Positions 49,350 through 59,900 of a stretch of DNA of 64,000 bases are shown here, in pieces (position 1 is the stretch's first letter; the number at the start of each line of letters is the position of its first letter). Source of the stretch: an uncultured delta proteobacterium (lineage in GTDB: Bacteria > Desulfobacterota > Binatia > JACPRU01). The translations under genes and the position numbers were made by a program. The DNA is taken from assembly GCA_963745025.1 (NCBI GenBank), contig CAVUWD010000020.1:160001-224000 (forward strand), written 5' to 3'. The notes under the pieces were generated by a model that was not told the origin of the DNA, made no database searches, and saw only the letters and a list, made by a program, of their open reading frames with translations.

Positions 49350-49464
49350 GCACTGTTCTCCTCTGTATGGCCGCATCCACCGCGAGCCGGTACATCATCA
49401 TTGCATGAAGCGCGATCAAATAGCCAACTGGCCAGAGCCGACATTTGCGCATATGTGCGGGCAT

Positions 49465-49492
49465 TTGACAAACCTAGCCTCGAAGTAAAAAT
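49465..49492 (+). promoter_or_regulatory. putative sigma70 promoter upstream of aceE
   Basis: TTGACA-16 nt-AAAAAT in an AT-rich patch. Confidence 0.4.
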
Positions 49493-49508
49493 ACTTGAAT
49501 CCGCTAGA

Positions 49509-49637
49509 GCGTGCCGAGCCCGTACCCGACTGGGGCGCCACGAGTTGCTTCCTAGACACCTGTCGCGCCTCCACAGACGGCCCCGCCACTCATCAGGCGC
49601 TCGCGACGCGCCCCAGTCGGGTGCGGGCTCGGCACGC
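49509..49637. repeat. REP/MITE-like inverted repeat
   Basis: 30-nt arms 49509-49538 and 49608-49637, 29/30 complementary. Confidence 0.75.
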
Positions 49638-49817
49638 GTCTTGGCCCAAATTATTTTCGCTTCGAGGTGAATGGCATCCATTGGGTCGGAATTCCCGATC
49701 GGGCACCGCCGGCCCTCTGCATTCGGCGCTCGCCAAGCCTTCTCGACGGCCGAGAGCCGAAAGCCGATGCGGCTGTCGTCCGCGGAGAGTACCTAGACAA
49801 TCGGTTGCGCTCGAATC

Positions 49818-52493
49818 ATGATCGGCACCATGGAATCGACGCAAGATCGCGCCGAGCAGAACGCCGAGATCGATGCTTGGCTGGATACGCTCGAGGGTCT
49901 GGCGCGCGAGCGGGGGATGGCGGCGGCGCGGCGGCTGCTCTCCCGTCTAGTCGAGCACGGCCAACGTATGGGGATCGCGGTCACCGCGCCCCTGAACACG
50001 CCCTACGTCAACACCATACCGGTCGAAGACCAGCCTCCCTATCCGGGCGACCGGGACATCGAGCGCCGGATCAAGAGCCTCATTCGCTGGAATGCCATGG
50101 CCATGGTCGTGAAGGCGAACAAGCATTCACCGGGCATCGGCGGTCACATCTCGACGTATGCCTCGGCGGCAACGCTTTTCGAAGTCGGCTTCAATCACTT
50201 CTTCCGGGGCCGAGACGGCGGCGCGGGGGATCAAGTCTTCTTCCAGGGGCATGCGTCGCCAGGTGTGTACGCCCGGGCGTTTCTCGAAGGGCGCATCAGC
50301 GAGGCGGAGCTCCACGGCTTCCGGCGCGAGCTCTCCCCGGGCGGCGGGCTGTCGTCCTATCCCCATCCCTGGTTGATGCCTGATTTCTGGCAATTTCCGA
50401 CCGTATCGATGGGCCTATCACCGATTGCCGCGATCTATCAGGCGCGCTTCAATCGCTATTTGCACGCGCGGGGCTTGTGCGACACGTCGGACTGTCGGGT
50501 CTGGGCGTTTCTCGGCGACGGCGAAATGGACGAGCCCGAGAGTCTCGGCGCGATCACACTGGCCGCCCGCGAGCAGCTCGACAACCTGGTGTTCGTCGTC
50601 AATTGCAATCTCCAGCGCCTCGACGGACCTGTTCGCGGCAATGGCAAGATCATTCAGGAGCTCGAGGCGGCCTTCCGCGGCGCCGGCTGGAACGTGATCA
50701 AGGTCGTTTGGGGGGACGACTGGGATCCGCTGCTGGCACGCGACGACGAAGGCCTGCTCGTCCGCCGCATGACGGAGGCGCTCGACGGCGATTATCAGAA
50801 GTACACGGTCGAATCGGGCGACTACATCCGCAAGCGTTTCTTCGGTACGCATCCGACGCTCTTGCAGATGGTCGAGGATTTGACCGACGCGAAGCTGCGC
50901 AAGATGCGCCGGGGCGGTCACGACCCCGAGAAGGTGTATGCCGCCTACAAGGCCGCGGTCGAGCATCGCGGTTCGCCCACGGTGATCCTCGCCAAGACCG
51001 TCAAGGGCTGGGGGCTCGGCGAGGTCGGCGAGGGACGCAACGTCACACACCAGCAGAAGAAGCTCTCCGAGAAGGAGCTGCGCAGCTTCCGTGACCGTTT
51101 CGGCATACCGATCGGCGACCGTGAGCTGCTCCAGACGCCTTTCTACCGCCCGCCCGAAGATAGCGAGGAGGTGCAGTACCTCCTCGAGCGGCGTCGTGAG
51201 CTCGGTGGCTTCGTGCCGCATCGTGTGGCGCAGGCGCCCCCGCTCGAACGACTGCCGGCTTCGCTCTTCGAAGAGTTCCTGCAGTCCAGCGGCGACCGCG
51301 AGGTCGCGACGACGATGGTTCTTGTTCGGTTGCTGCGCCATCTGATGAACGATCCCAAGATCGGCCACTCGATCGTGCCGATCGTTCCGGACGAAGCGCG
51401 GACGTTCGGCATGGACGCGCTGTTCCGCAAGTACGGCATCTACTCGTCGCTCGGACAGCGTTACGAGCCCGCGGACTCCGACGTCGTGGCGTACTATCGA
51501 GAGGCCGAAGACGGGCAATTGCTCGAGGAGGGAATCACCGAAGCAGGCGCGATGGCCTCCTTCATCGCCGCCGGCACCGCCTATGCCACGCACGGTGTGA
51601 CGACGATTCCCTTTCTCGTCTTCTATTCGATGTTCGGCTTTCAGCGCGTCGGTGACCTGATCTGGCAGAATGCGGACTGCCGCGGACGAGGCTTTCTGAT
51701 TGGCGCCACCGCGGGGCGCACGACGCTCGCCGGCGAGGGGCTGCAGCACCAAGACGGGCACAGCCATCTACTGGCGAGCGTCGTGCCCACGGTTCGCGCC
51801 TATGATCCGGCGTACGCCTACGAGATCGCCACGATCGTCCGTGACGGTGTCCGCCGCATGTCGATCGAGCAAGAAGACGTAGTCTATTACCTGACCGTGC
51901 AGAACGAAATGTACGCGATGCCGGCGATGCCGCCCGGCGTGGAGGACGGGATCCTGCGCGGCATGTATCGTCTCGAGCCCGCCGAGGGGCCGTCCTCCTG
52001 GCCGCGCGTGCATTTGCTCGGTAGCGGCGCGATCCTTCGCGAGGTGCAGCGGGCGCGAGCGCTTCTCGCCGAGCGCGAAGTCGCCGCGACGGTGTGGAGC
52101 GTGACCAGCTATAGCGAGCTTCGTCGCGAGGCGCTCGCAGCCGAGCGCTGGAACCGCCTCCATCCGGAAGAGAAGCCGCGCATGCCGTACGTGAGCCGCC
52201 TGCTGGCGGTCGAGCCATGGCCGATCGTCGCGGCCACGGATTACATGAAGATCGTGGCCGATCAGATCGCGCGCTTCGTGCCTTCGACTTTCCTCGCTCT
52301 CGGCACCGATGGCTTCGGTCGCAGTGACGATCGAGCGTCTTTGCGGCGCTTTTTCGAGGTCGACGCGGAGTCGATCGCGGTCGCCGCCCTGTCGGAGCTC
52401 GTCCGTGCCGGACGGATCGATGCTCCCCGTGTCGCGACGGCGATCCGCGACTTCGCGATCGATCCGGAGACCCCGGATCCGGTGCGCCGCTGA
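49818..52493 (+). CDS. aceE: pyruvate dehydrogenase E1, homodimeric type
   Basis: TPYVNTIP, IRWNAMAMV, GGHISTYAS, QGHASPG, FPTVSMGL, GDGEMDEPE, PDEARTFG, LGTDGFGRSD; start could be 49830. Confidence 0.97.
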   Translation: MIGTMESTQDRAEQNAEIDAWLDTLEGLARERGMAAARRLLSRLVEHGQRMGIAVTAPLNTPYVNTIPVEDQPPYPGDRDIERRIKSLIRWNAMAMVVKANKHSPGIGGHISTYASAATLFEVGFNHFFRGRDGGAGDQVFFQGHASPGVYARAFLEGRISEAELHGFRRELSPGGGLSSYPHPWLMPDFWQFPTVSMGLSPIAAIYQARFNRYLHARGLCDTSDCRVWAFLGDGEMDEPESLGAITLAAREQLDNLVFVVNCNLQRLDGPVRGNGKIIQELEAAFRGAGWNVIKVVWGDDWDPLLARDDEGLLVRRMTEALDGDYQKYTVESGDYIRKRFFGTHPTLLQMVEDLTDAKLRKMRRGGHDPEKVYAAYKAAVEHRGSPTVILAKTVKGWGLGEVGEGRNVTHQQKKLSEKELRSFRDRFGIPIGDRELLQTPFYRPPEDSEEVQYLLERRRELGGFVPHRVAQAPPLERLPASLFEEFLQSSGDREVATTMVLVRLLRHLMNDPKIGHSIVPIVPDEARTFGMDALFRKYGIYSSLGQRYEPADSDVVAYYREAEDGQLLEEGITEAGAMASFIAAGTAYATHGVTTIPFLVFYSMFGFQRVGDLIWQNADCRGRGFLIGATAGRTTLAGEGLQHQDGHSHLLASVVPTVRAYDPAYAYEIATIVRDGVRRMSIEQEDVVYYLTVQNEMYAMPAMPPGVEDGILRGMYRLEPAEGPSSWPRVHLLGSGAILREVQRARALLAEREVAATVWSVTSYSELRREALAAERWNRLHPEEKPRMPYVSRLLAVEPWPIVAATDYMKIVADQIARFVPSTFLALGTDGFGRSDDRASLRRFFEVDAESIAVAALSELVRAGRIDAPRVATAIRDFAIDPETPDPVRR

Positions 52494-52495
52494 GC

Positions 52496-53125
52496 GTGAA
52501 AGTCGGTCCGCTACCGATCTTGATCGGCCTCCTCGGGGCCGTCGGAATCCTCGCCGCAGGCGGGGTGAGCGTGGCGGTTTGCACGCTCGCGGCGATCACC
52601 GGCGGCGTGTTCGCGGATCTCGCTCGCCGCGCAGGGCGTGAGACGCCCTCGACGGTGAACGACGCCACCGATTTGTGGAGCTCACTCGGCTTCTTCGCGA
52701 TCTTGGTCGCTGCCGCTTTCGATCTCGGCCGATCCGCCGCGGAGCGCTCTACGCCACTGGATTGGACGCTGCGCATCGCCGGAACCGCCGTGATCATCCC
52801 GGGCGCGATCTTGCGCGGGGTGGCTGCCCGCTCCCTCGGGGCGAGCTTCGCCGTGCGGCTCGGGACGCGCGAAGATCAGCGCCTCATCGACTCGGGGCCC
52901 TATCGCTGGATTCGCCACCCGAGCTATGCGGGGCTGCTGCTAGTGGCCCTGGGCACGGCGCTCGGGCTCTGTAGCCCATTCGCGTTCGCCGCGACGGCGG
53001 GCTTCTGGCTTCCCATCGTCGTGGTGCGCATCGCGCGCGAGGAGCGAATGCTGAGCGAGCGCTTCGGGCGCGACTACGCCGACTACCAGAGGCGCACGTG
53101 GCGCCTCGTCCCCGGGGTTTACTGA
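52496..53125 (+). CDS. ICMT/PEMT family membrane methyltransferase
   Basis: LI.SGPYRWIRHPSY.G, EE.ML...FG..Y..Y...T.RLVP. Confidence 0.85.
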   Translation: MKVGPLPILIGLLGAVGILAAGGVSVAVCTLAAITGGVFADLARRAGRETPSTVNDATDLWSSLGFFAILVAAAFDLGRSAAERSTPLDWTLRIAGTAVIIPGAILRGVAARSLGASFAVRLGTREDQRLIDSGPYRWIRHPSYAGLLLVALGTALGLCSPFAFAATAGFWLPIVVVRIAREERMLSERFGRDYADYQRRTWRLVPGVY

Positions 53126-53808
53126 TGCGCGTCGTCGTCCTGCAGCACGAGTCGATCGAGGGACCTGGGGTATGGGCGGAGACGCTCCTCGAGCACGGGG
53201 CGAGCGTCGAGTGCGTTCTCGTGCCGGCGCGGGGCGTTCCCGAGGCCGCGGAAGGCGCGGACCTCGTGATCTCGATGGGCGGATCGATGAGCGTCAACGA
53301 TCGCCTGCCGTGGATCGCGGCGGAAATCGCGCTGCTCGCCGAGCGCATTCGCTCCGGTGCCCCCGTTCTCGGCGTCTGCTTGGGGTCGCAGCTGATCGCC
53401 AAAGCCGCTGGAGGAACCGTCGAGCCCGGTGACGCTTTCGAGATCGGCGTTCATACGGTCGAGCTCACGAGCGAGGGCATCGCCGATCCCGTGACGGCGG
53501 TGCTCCCGCCGCGCTTCGCGGTCCTGCAGTGGCACGGAGAGATCTCCCGCGACGTCCCAGGCGCCGTGACGCTCGCGCGGTCGACGAGTGTTCCGATGCA
53601 AGCCTTTCTCGTCGCTCGCGCCTACGGGTTGCTCTTCCACCTCGAGGCGACGCTGCATTCGATCGTCGCGATGTCCCGCGCGTTCCCGGACGATCTTCGC
53701 CGCGGAGGGCTCGAGCCCCGGGCACTTGTCGAGCAAGCGCGAGAGCGGCTTCCCGACATCCACGAGCACGCGCGGCGGCTGCTCGGCGCGCTGCTTCGCT
53801 TAGAGTAA
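53125..53808 (+). CDS. class I glutamine amidotransferase-like protein
   Basis: LQH...EGPG, MGG.MS, LGVCLGSQL, QWHGE, FHLE. Confidence 0.9.
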   Translation: MRVVVLQHESIEGPGVWAETLLEHGASVECVLVPARGVPEAAEGADLVISMGGSMSVNDRLPWIAAEIALLAERIRSGAPVLGVCLGSQLIAKAAGGTVEPGDAFEIGVHTVELTSEGIADPVTAVLPPRFAVLQWHGEISRDVPGAVTLARSTSVPMQAFLVARAYGLLFHLEATLHSIVAMSRAFPDDLRRGGLEPRALVEQARERLPDIHEHARRLLGALLRLE

Positions 53809-53928
53809 CACATCCAACGCTCGAACGTTCCGCGCTTCGCGCCCCATCCGTGCGAGCATACGTAGGGTGATGTACCGGACACTACGACCGCGACCGGCAC
53901 GCCCATTCCCGGAAACGCACACGCGGGC

Positions 53929-54783
53929 TCATGGAGGTTGCGTCGCTTGGAGTTGCCGTTCGAACCGCTCGGCGATTCGGCGGTTCAGCCACGCCGTGAA
54001 GCCGGGAGACAGCCGTTTCAGGAAGTACGTCACCCAGGCTTCCGGCGAGACCGGCGCCAACGCAGCGTCGCGCGCGACGGCCTTGAGGATCTTCTCGGCG
54101 ACGAGCTCCGGACCGTAATTTCGCCGGCGGTAGAACTCGACCATCCGCTCCCGCGCGCCGGGAAGCGCCGCTTTGCCCCGCAGTCGCGCCGCTCCCGTGA
54201 TCGGCGTGTCTATGATTCCCGGGCAGATGGCGGTGACGCCGATGCCGCGGGGCTTGAGCTCGTCACGCAGCGCCTCCGACAGCCCGACGACGGCGAACTT
54301 CGTCGTGCTGTAAGCCGACAGCGCCTCGCTGGCGAGGTAGCCGGCGGCGGATGCCACGTTCACCACGTGTCCGCCGCGTCCGCGCGCGACCATCTTCGGA
54401 ACGAAGAAATGGCAGCCGTGCACGATGCCACAGAGATTGATGCCGATGATCCAGTCCCAATCCTCGAGCGTGGTATCGAGAAAGGCGGCGCCGAGGCCGA
54501 CGCCGGCGTTGTTGACGAGCACGTCGACCGCCTCGACCTCCGCGTGCACCGCATCGGCAAACGCGCGCATGCGCCCGCGATCGGCGACATCGACGAAGTG
54601 GCTCGCCGCTTTGCGCCCGAGCGCCCGGATGTCGTCGGCGGTGCGTGCGCTAGCCGTCTCGTTGACGTCGCACACGACCAGATCCGCGCCGCGCCGGGCG
54701 AAGGCGAGCGCGGTTTCCCGGCCGATTCCACTGCCCGCGCCCGTGACCAGGACCACCTTGCCGCTGAGGGTGGAGACGTCCAT
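53929..54783 (-). CDS. short-chain dehydrogenase/reductase
   Basis: TGAGSGIG, NNAGV, YSTTK, CPG...T. Confidence 0.93.
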   Translation of the reverse strand: MDVSTLSGKVVLVTGAGSGIGRETALAFARRGADLVVCDVNETASARTADDIRALGRKAASHFVDVADRGRMRAFADAVHAEVEAVDVLVNNAGVGLGAAFLDTTLEDWDWIIGINLCGIVHGCHFFVPKMVARGRGGHVVNVASAAGYLASEALSAYSTTKFAVVGLSEALRDELKPRGIGVTAICPGIIDTPITGAARLRGKAALPGARERMVEFYRRRNYGPELVAEKILKAVARDAALAPVSPEAWVTYFLKRLSPGFTAWLNRRIAERFERQLQATQPP

Positions 54784-54794
54784 GAAGCTCAGGA

Positions 54795-54870
54795 GGCTAC
54801 CGGCTTCCGGCTACGGGCTTCGAAAAGACTTCGCGAAGGCCTTTCCTGTAGCCGGTAGCCTGTAGCCGGT
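54795..54870. repeat. heptamer-armed stem-loop repeat copy
   Basis: GGCTACC GGCTTCC GGCTACG GGCTTCG ...GACTTCGCGAAGGCCTTTCC TGTAGCC GGTAGCC TGTAGCC. Confidence 0.75.
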
Positions 54871-54873
54871 CTT

Positions 54874-55242
54874 TCATCTCCGCGTCGGAATCACGTGTCG
54901 CACTCCGCCGCGCGGATCGGGGTGATCTCCGCGGTAGCGCGGGATCAGATGCCAGTGCGTGTGGCCGATCGACTGTCCGGCGGCGGACCCATCGTTGACG
55001 CCGATGTTGAAGCCGTCGGGATGGAACTCCGCGACGATCTTGGTGCGTTCCTGCCCGATCAGCGCATAACAATCCCGCACTTCCTCGTGCGTGAGATCGA
55101 AGAAGCTCGCGCAGTGCCGCTTTGGGATCACCAGGGTGTGGCCCTTGGAGGCCGGTTCCTTGTCCCGCACCGCTGCCGCCAGATCGTTTGCCGCGACGAC
55201 TCGCGGACCGAGATCGCAGAAGGGACAGTTCTCGGAGCTCAT
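54874..55242 (-). CDS. HIT family hydrolase
   Basis: CPFC, GHTLVIPKRH, GFNIG.N.G..AGQ...HTHWHLIPR. Confidence 0.93.
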   Translation of the reverse strand: MSSENCPFCDLGPRVVAANDLAAAVRDKEPASKGHTLVIPKRHCASFFDLTHEEVRDCYALIGQERTKIVAEFHPDGFNIGVNDGSAAGQSIGHTHWHLIPRYRGDHPDPRGGVRHVIPTRR

Positions 55243-55310
55243 TTGCGTCCTCCAGACCCGAAAGAATAAGACCCCGACAGCCTAGGAGAGAAGCGGAGCA
55301 GGGTCAATGA

Positions 55311-55412
55311 CCGGCTGCCGGCCGTTGCTCTTCGGCTATCGGCCGAAGAGCGCATCCTCAAAAGCAGAAAGCCGATGGCCGACAGCGCAAGAACGGCGAG
55401 CGGCCCGACGGT
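55311..55412. repeat. divergent heptamer-armed stem-loop repeat copy
   Basis: GGCTGCC GGCCGTT ... GGCTATC ... GAAAGCC GATGGCC GACAGCG, 7-nt periodic arms. Confidence 0.5.
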
Positions 55413-55447
55413 TCGGAGAAGGGACCTTGAGTCTTAAGAAGGCGAAT

Positions 55448-56893
55448 CTAGAACATGGGGCTCGATGGGATGTAGGACTCTCCCATCAAATAAGTATCGA
55501 GGCCCCGTGCTGCTTCGCGGCCTTCCCAGATCGCCCAGACGACCAACGATTGACCCCGGCGAAGATCTCCACAGGCAAATACGCCGGGCACGCTCGACAT
55601 GTAGCTACGATCGGTCGCCACGTTGCCGCGCTCGTCGAGCTTCAGGCCAAGGTCGTTGATCGGGCCGGCACGTTCGGGGCCGAGAAAGCCGAGTGCCAGC
55701 AATACCAAATCACAATCGAGCTCAAAATTGCTGTCGATGATCTCCACCATTCTAGGCTGACCGTTGTCGCCGCGCTTCCACTCGAGGCGGACGGCGTGGA
55801 GCTTCTTCACCTTGCCGTTCTCTCCCGAGAAGCGCTTGGTGTTGATTGAGAAGTCGCGGACGACCCCTTCCTCGTGCGAGCTCGAGGTGCGGAGAATCAT
55901 CGGCCAATAGGGCCACGGCATGTCGGCAGTGCGCTTGTCGGGCGGCCGGGGAAGAAGCTCGAACTGATGCACCGAGAGGGCTCCCTGCCGATTCGAGGTG
56001 CCCAAGCAGTCGGAGCCCGTGTCGCCGCCGCCGAGAATGATGACGCGCTTTCCCGCGGCGGTGAGCCGGTTCGGCACCTCGTCGCCGGCGACGAGCTTGT
56101 TCTGCTGTGGCAGGAAATCCATCGCGAAGTGAATGCCGTCCAGTTCCCGGCCCGGGATCGGTAGATCGCGAGGCGCGGTTGCGCCCCCCGCCAGGCAAAT
56201 GGCATCGAAGGAGCTCCGCAGCTCGGCGGTCGGCACGTTGGAGCCGACGTTGGCGTTGGTCACGAAGCGGACCCCCTCGGCCTTCATCTGCTCCATCCGG
56301 CGGTCGACCAAATGTTTCTCCATCTTGAAGTCCGGGATGCCGTAGCGGAGCAGGCCGCCGATCCGGTCGGCGCGCTCGAAGACTGTGACGAGATGACCCG
56401 CGCGCGCGAGCTGCTGCGCGCAGGCCAGCCCCGCCGGCCCCGAGCCGACGACCGCGACCGTCTTGCCCGTTCGCCGCGGCGGGGGCTGCGGCGTGATCCA
56501 GCCTTCGGCGAAGGCGTGATCGACGATCTGCTTCTCGATCTGTTTGATCGTCACCGGGTCGTCGTTGATGTTGAGGACGCACGCCTCTTCGCAGGGCGCG
56601 GGACAGACGCGTCCGGTGAATTCGGGGAAATTGTTGGTCGAATGGAGGCGCCGGATCGCCTCCTTCCAGCGGCCGCGATAGATGAGGTCGTTCCAGTCGG
56701 GGATGATGTTCCCGAGCGGGCAGCCCTTGTGACAGAAGGGGATGCCGCAATCCATGCAGCGCGCGCCCTGCTGGCGGAGCTCGTCCTCCGGCAGCTTGCC
56801 CTCGAGTTCGCGCCAATCCTTCAGTCGCTCCTCGACCGGCCGCCGCTGCGGCAGCTCGCGAGGAATTTCCAAGAATCCAGTGATTTTGCCCAT
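55448..56893 (-). CDS. gltD: glutamate synthase small subunit
   Basis: [55 protein letters not shown]. Confidence 0.97.
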   Translation of the reverse strand: MGKITGFLEIPRELPQRRPVEERLKDWRELEGKLPEDELRQQGARCMDCGIPFCHKGCPLGNIIPDWNDLIYRGRWKEAIRRLHSTNNFPEFTGRVCPAPCEEACVLNINDDPVTIKQIEKQIVDHAFAEGWITPQPPPRRTGKTVAVVGSGPAGLACAQQLARAGHLVTVFERADRIGGLLRYGIPDFKMEKHLVDRRMEQMKAEGVRFVTNANVGSNVPTAELRSSFDAICLAGGATAPRDLPIPGRELDGIHFAMDFLPQQNKLVAGDEVPNRLTAAGKRVIILGGGDTGSDCLGTSNRQGALSVHQFELLPRPPDKRTADMPWPYWPMILRTSSSHEEGVVRDFSINTKRFSGENGKVKKLHAVRLEWKRGDNGQPRMVEIIDSNFELDCDLVLLALGFLGPERAGPINDLGLKLDERGNVATDRSYMSSVPGVFACGDLRRGQSLVVWAIWEGREAARGLDTYLMGESYIPSSPMF

Positions 56894-56925
56894 GCGCTCC
56901 CGCTCGTGACTCAGTTCATGGATTC

Positions 56926-56996
56926 GGCTACCGACTACCGGCTTCCGGCAAAGACTTCTCTGAGTCTTTTGCGGTAGCCGGCAGCCGGTGGCCGGC
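56926..56996. repeat. heptamer-armed stem-loop repeat copy in the gltB-gltD spacer
   Basis: GGCTACC GACTACC GGCTTCC GGCAAAGAC...GTCTTTT GC GGTAGCC GGCAGCC GGTGGCC. Confidence 0.75.
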
Positions 56997-56999
56997 TTT

Positions 57000-59900
57000 T
57001 CAGATCGACGCCGATTTCGCCGCGTCGCTGTCCAGGTGCTGCGCCGCCAAGATCTTCCGGTACTCGAGCGGCATCACCTTGACGAATTTCTTGGCGTTCT
57101 CCTTCCAGCCCGACAGCACCCGCCAGGCGACCTGGCTCCCCGTGAGATCGTAATGTCTGCGCACCAGGTCGTGGACGGTCTTCAGATCCCCGTCGTCGAG
57201 CGGCTCGAGCCCGACCATTCCCTTGTTGCAGTTTCGTCCGAAGTGACCGTCGGCGTCGAGCACGTAGGCGACGCCACCGCTCATACCGGCGGCGAAGTTG
57301 CGCCCCGTCTTGCCGAGGACGACGACGAGCCCCTTGGTCATGTATTCGCAGCCGTGATCGCCGACACCCTCGACGACCGCCGTGGCGCCGCTGTTGCGCA
57401 CCGCGAAACGCTCGCCGGCCAGCCCGTGCAGGAACACTTCGCCGCCCGTTGCGCCGTAGAGGGACACGTTGCCGACGATGGAATTGTCTTCGGGGACGAA
57501 CGTCGACTCGCGCGGTGGCACGACCACGATGCGGCCGGCCGACATGCCCTTGGCGAAGTAGTCGTTGGCATCGCCCTCGAGCCGAATCGAGATGCCCGAC
57601 GCCAAGAACGCGGCGAAGCTCTGGCCCGCCGAGCCCGCGAAGTGGATCTGGATCGTGTCGGGCGGTAGTCCCTCCGCCCCGTAGCGCCGGGAGATCTCCG
57701 CGGAGAGCATCGTCGCGACGGTGCGATTGACGTTACGGATCGGGAGCTCGATCCTCGACCGGCTCTCGACGCTCCAACGCCGGGCGTGCGAGCTCGATCA
57801 GCTGGTTGTCGAGCGCCTCGTCGAGGCCGTGGTCCTGGGCCTCGACGCAATGGATCGGCACGTCGGGCGAGACGTCGGGCTTGTGCAGGATCGGAGTCAG
57901 ATCGAGGCCCTTGGCCTTCCAGTGCTCGATCGCGTCGCGGGGCTCTAGCATGTCGACCCGGCCGACCATCTCGTCGACGGTCGCGGAAGCCGAGCTCGGC
58001 CATGATCTCGCGGAGTTCCTCGGCGACGAACATCATGAAGTTGACGACGTGCTCGGGCTTGCCCTCGAACTTCTTGCGCAGCACCGGATCCTGGGTGGCG
58101 ATGCCGACCGGACAGGTGTTGAGGTGGCAGACGCGCATCATGATGCAGCCCGAGGCCACCAGCGCAGCGCTCGCGAAGCCGAACTCCTCGGCGCCGAGCA
58201 GCGCCGCGATCGCGACGTCGCGCCCGGTCTTCAGCTGCCCGTCGGTCTCGACGCGAATGCGCCCGCGCAGGTTGTTGATCACCAGCACCTGCTGCGTCTC
58301 GGCGAGGCCGAGCTCCCACGGCGTGCCGGCGTGCTTGATGCGAGGTGAGCGGCGATGCGCCCGTGCCACCCTCGTAGCCGCTGATCAACACCACGTCGGC
58401 CTTGGCCTTGCAGACACCCGCGGCCACGGTGCCGACGCCGATCTCGCTCACCAGCTTGACGCTGACGCGCGCCCGGTTGTTGGCGTTCTTCAGGTCGTGG
58501 ATCAGCTGGGCGAGGTCCTCGATCGAATAGATGTCGTGGTGCGGCGGTGGCGAGATCAGGCCGACGCCGGGAGTCGAGTAGCGGATCTTGGCGATGTACT
58601 CGTCGACCTTGTGGCCCGGCAGCTGGCCGCCCTCGCCGGGCTTGGCGCCCTGCGCGATCTTGATCTGCAGCTCGTCGGCGTTGACCAGATAGTAGGAGGT
58701 GACGCCGAATCGACCCGAAGCCACCTGCTTGATGGCGCTGCGGCGCAGATCACCGTTGTCGTCGGGGAGGTAGCGTGCCGAATCCTCGCCGCCCTCACCG
58801 GTGTTCGACTTGCCGCCGATGCGATTCATGGCGATCGCCAGGTTCTCGTGCGCTTCGCGGCTGATCGAGCCGAGCGACATCGCACCGGTCTTGAAGCGCT
58901 TGACGATCTCGGCAGCCGGCTCCACTGCTTCGATCGGAATCGGGATGCCGGGCTTGAACTTGAGGAGCCCGCGCAGCGTGCAGAGCTTCTCGCTGTGGTC
59001 GTTCGCCAGTGCGGAGTACTGCTTGAAAAGCTTGTAGCTCCCGCCACGCACCGAGTGCTGGAGCTTGGCGATCGTCTCGGGGTTGTACGCGTGGTACTCG
59101 CCTCGCCGCCGCCATTGATACTGGCCACCCGGGTCGAGCTCGCCGTCGAGCGACGGCGACACGCGATACGCGTAGTCGTGCCGCGCCTTGACCTCGGCGG
59201 CGATCGCGTCGAGGCCGATGCCCTCGATCTGTGACGCGGTCCAGGTGAAGTACTTGTCGATCAGTTCTCGGCAGAGTCCCACCGCTTCGAAGATCTGCGC
59301 GCCGTGGTAGCTCTGCAGCGTCGAGATCCCCATCTTGGACATCACCTTGAGCAGGCCCTTGCCGATCGCCTTGCGGTAGTGCTCGACGGCTTCGTCGGCG
59401 GTGACACCCTTGATCACGCCTTCCTCGACCATGCCCGCCACGGTTTCGTAAGCGAGATAGGGATTGAAGGCACCGGCGCCGTAGCCGACGAGCAGCGCGA
59501 AATGGTGAATCTCCCGCGGCTCGCCGCTCTCGACGATGATGCCGCACTTCGTGCGCGTTCCCTCGCGGATCAAATGGTGGTGCACGGCCGCCACGGCGAG
59601 CAGCGAGGGGATCGGCGCATGCTCGTCGTCGACGCCGCGGTCGGACAGGACGAGGATCGTCGCTCCCGCGGTGATCGCGTCGGAGGCGTTCTGGCAGAGA
59701 TCGTCGAGCGCTCTGCGGAGCGCGTCGGCGCCACCTCCGCAGTGGAAGAGCGAGGAGAGCGTGATGGTGCGCAGACCCTCCTGATCGAGCTCCTTGATGC
59801 GCTCGAGCTCGTCGTTGCTGAGCGCGGGCGTCTTCACCTCGAGCTGCCGGCAGTGAAGCGGCGTCTCGTCGAAGAGGTTCTGCTCGGCACCGATCGTCGT

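Noticed and set aside
54795-56996. CRISPR array
   Set aside because: The repeats are dispersed 7-mer stem-loops without constant repeats or unique spacers, and there are no cas genes.
57740-58350. Split gltB
   Set aside because: Three +1 insertions within ~600 bp of an otherwise well-conserved gene; most likely sequencing error.
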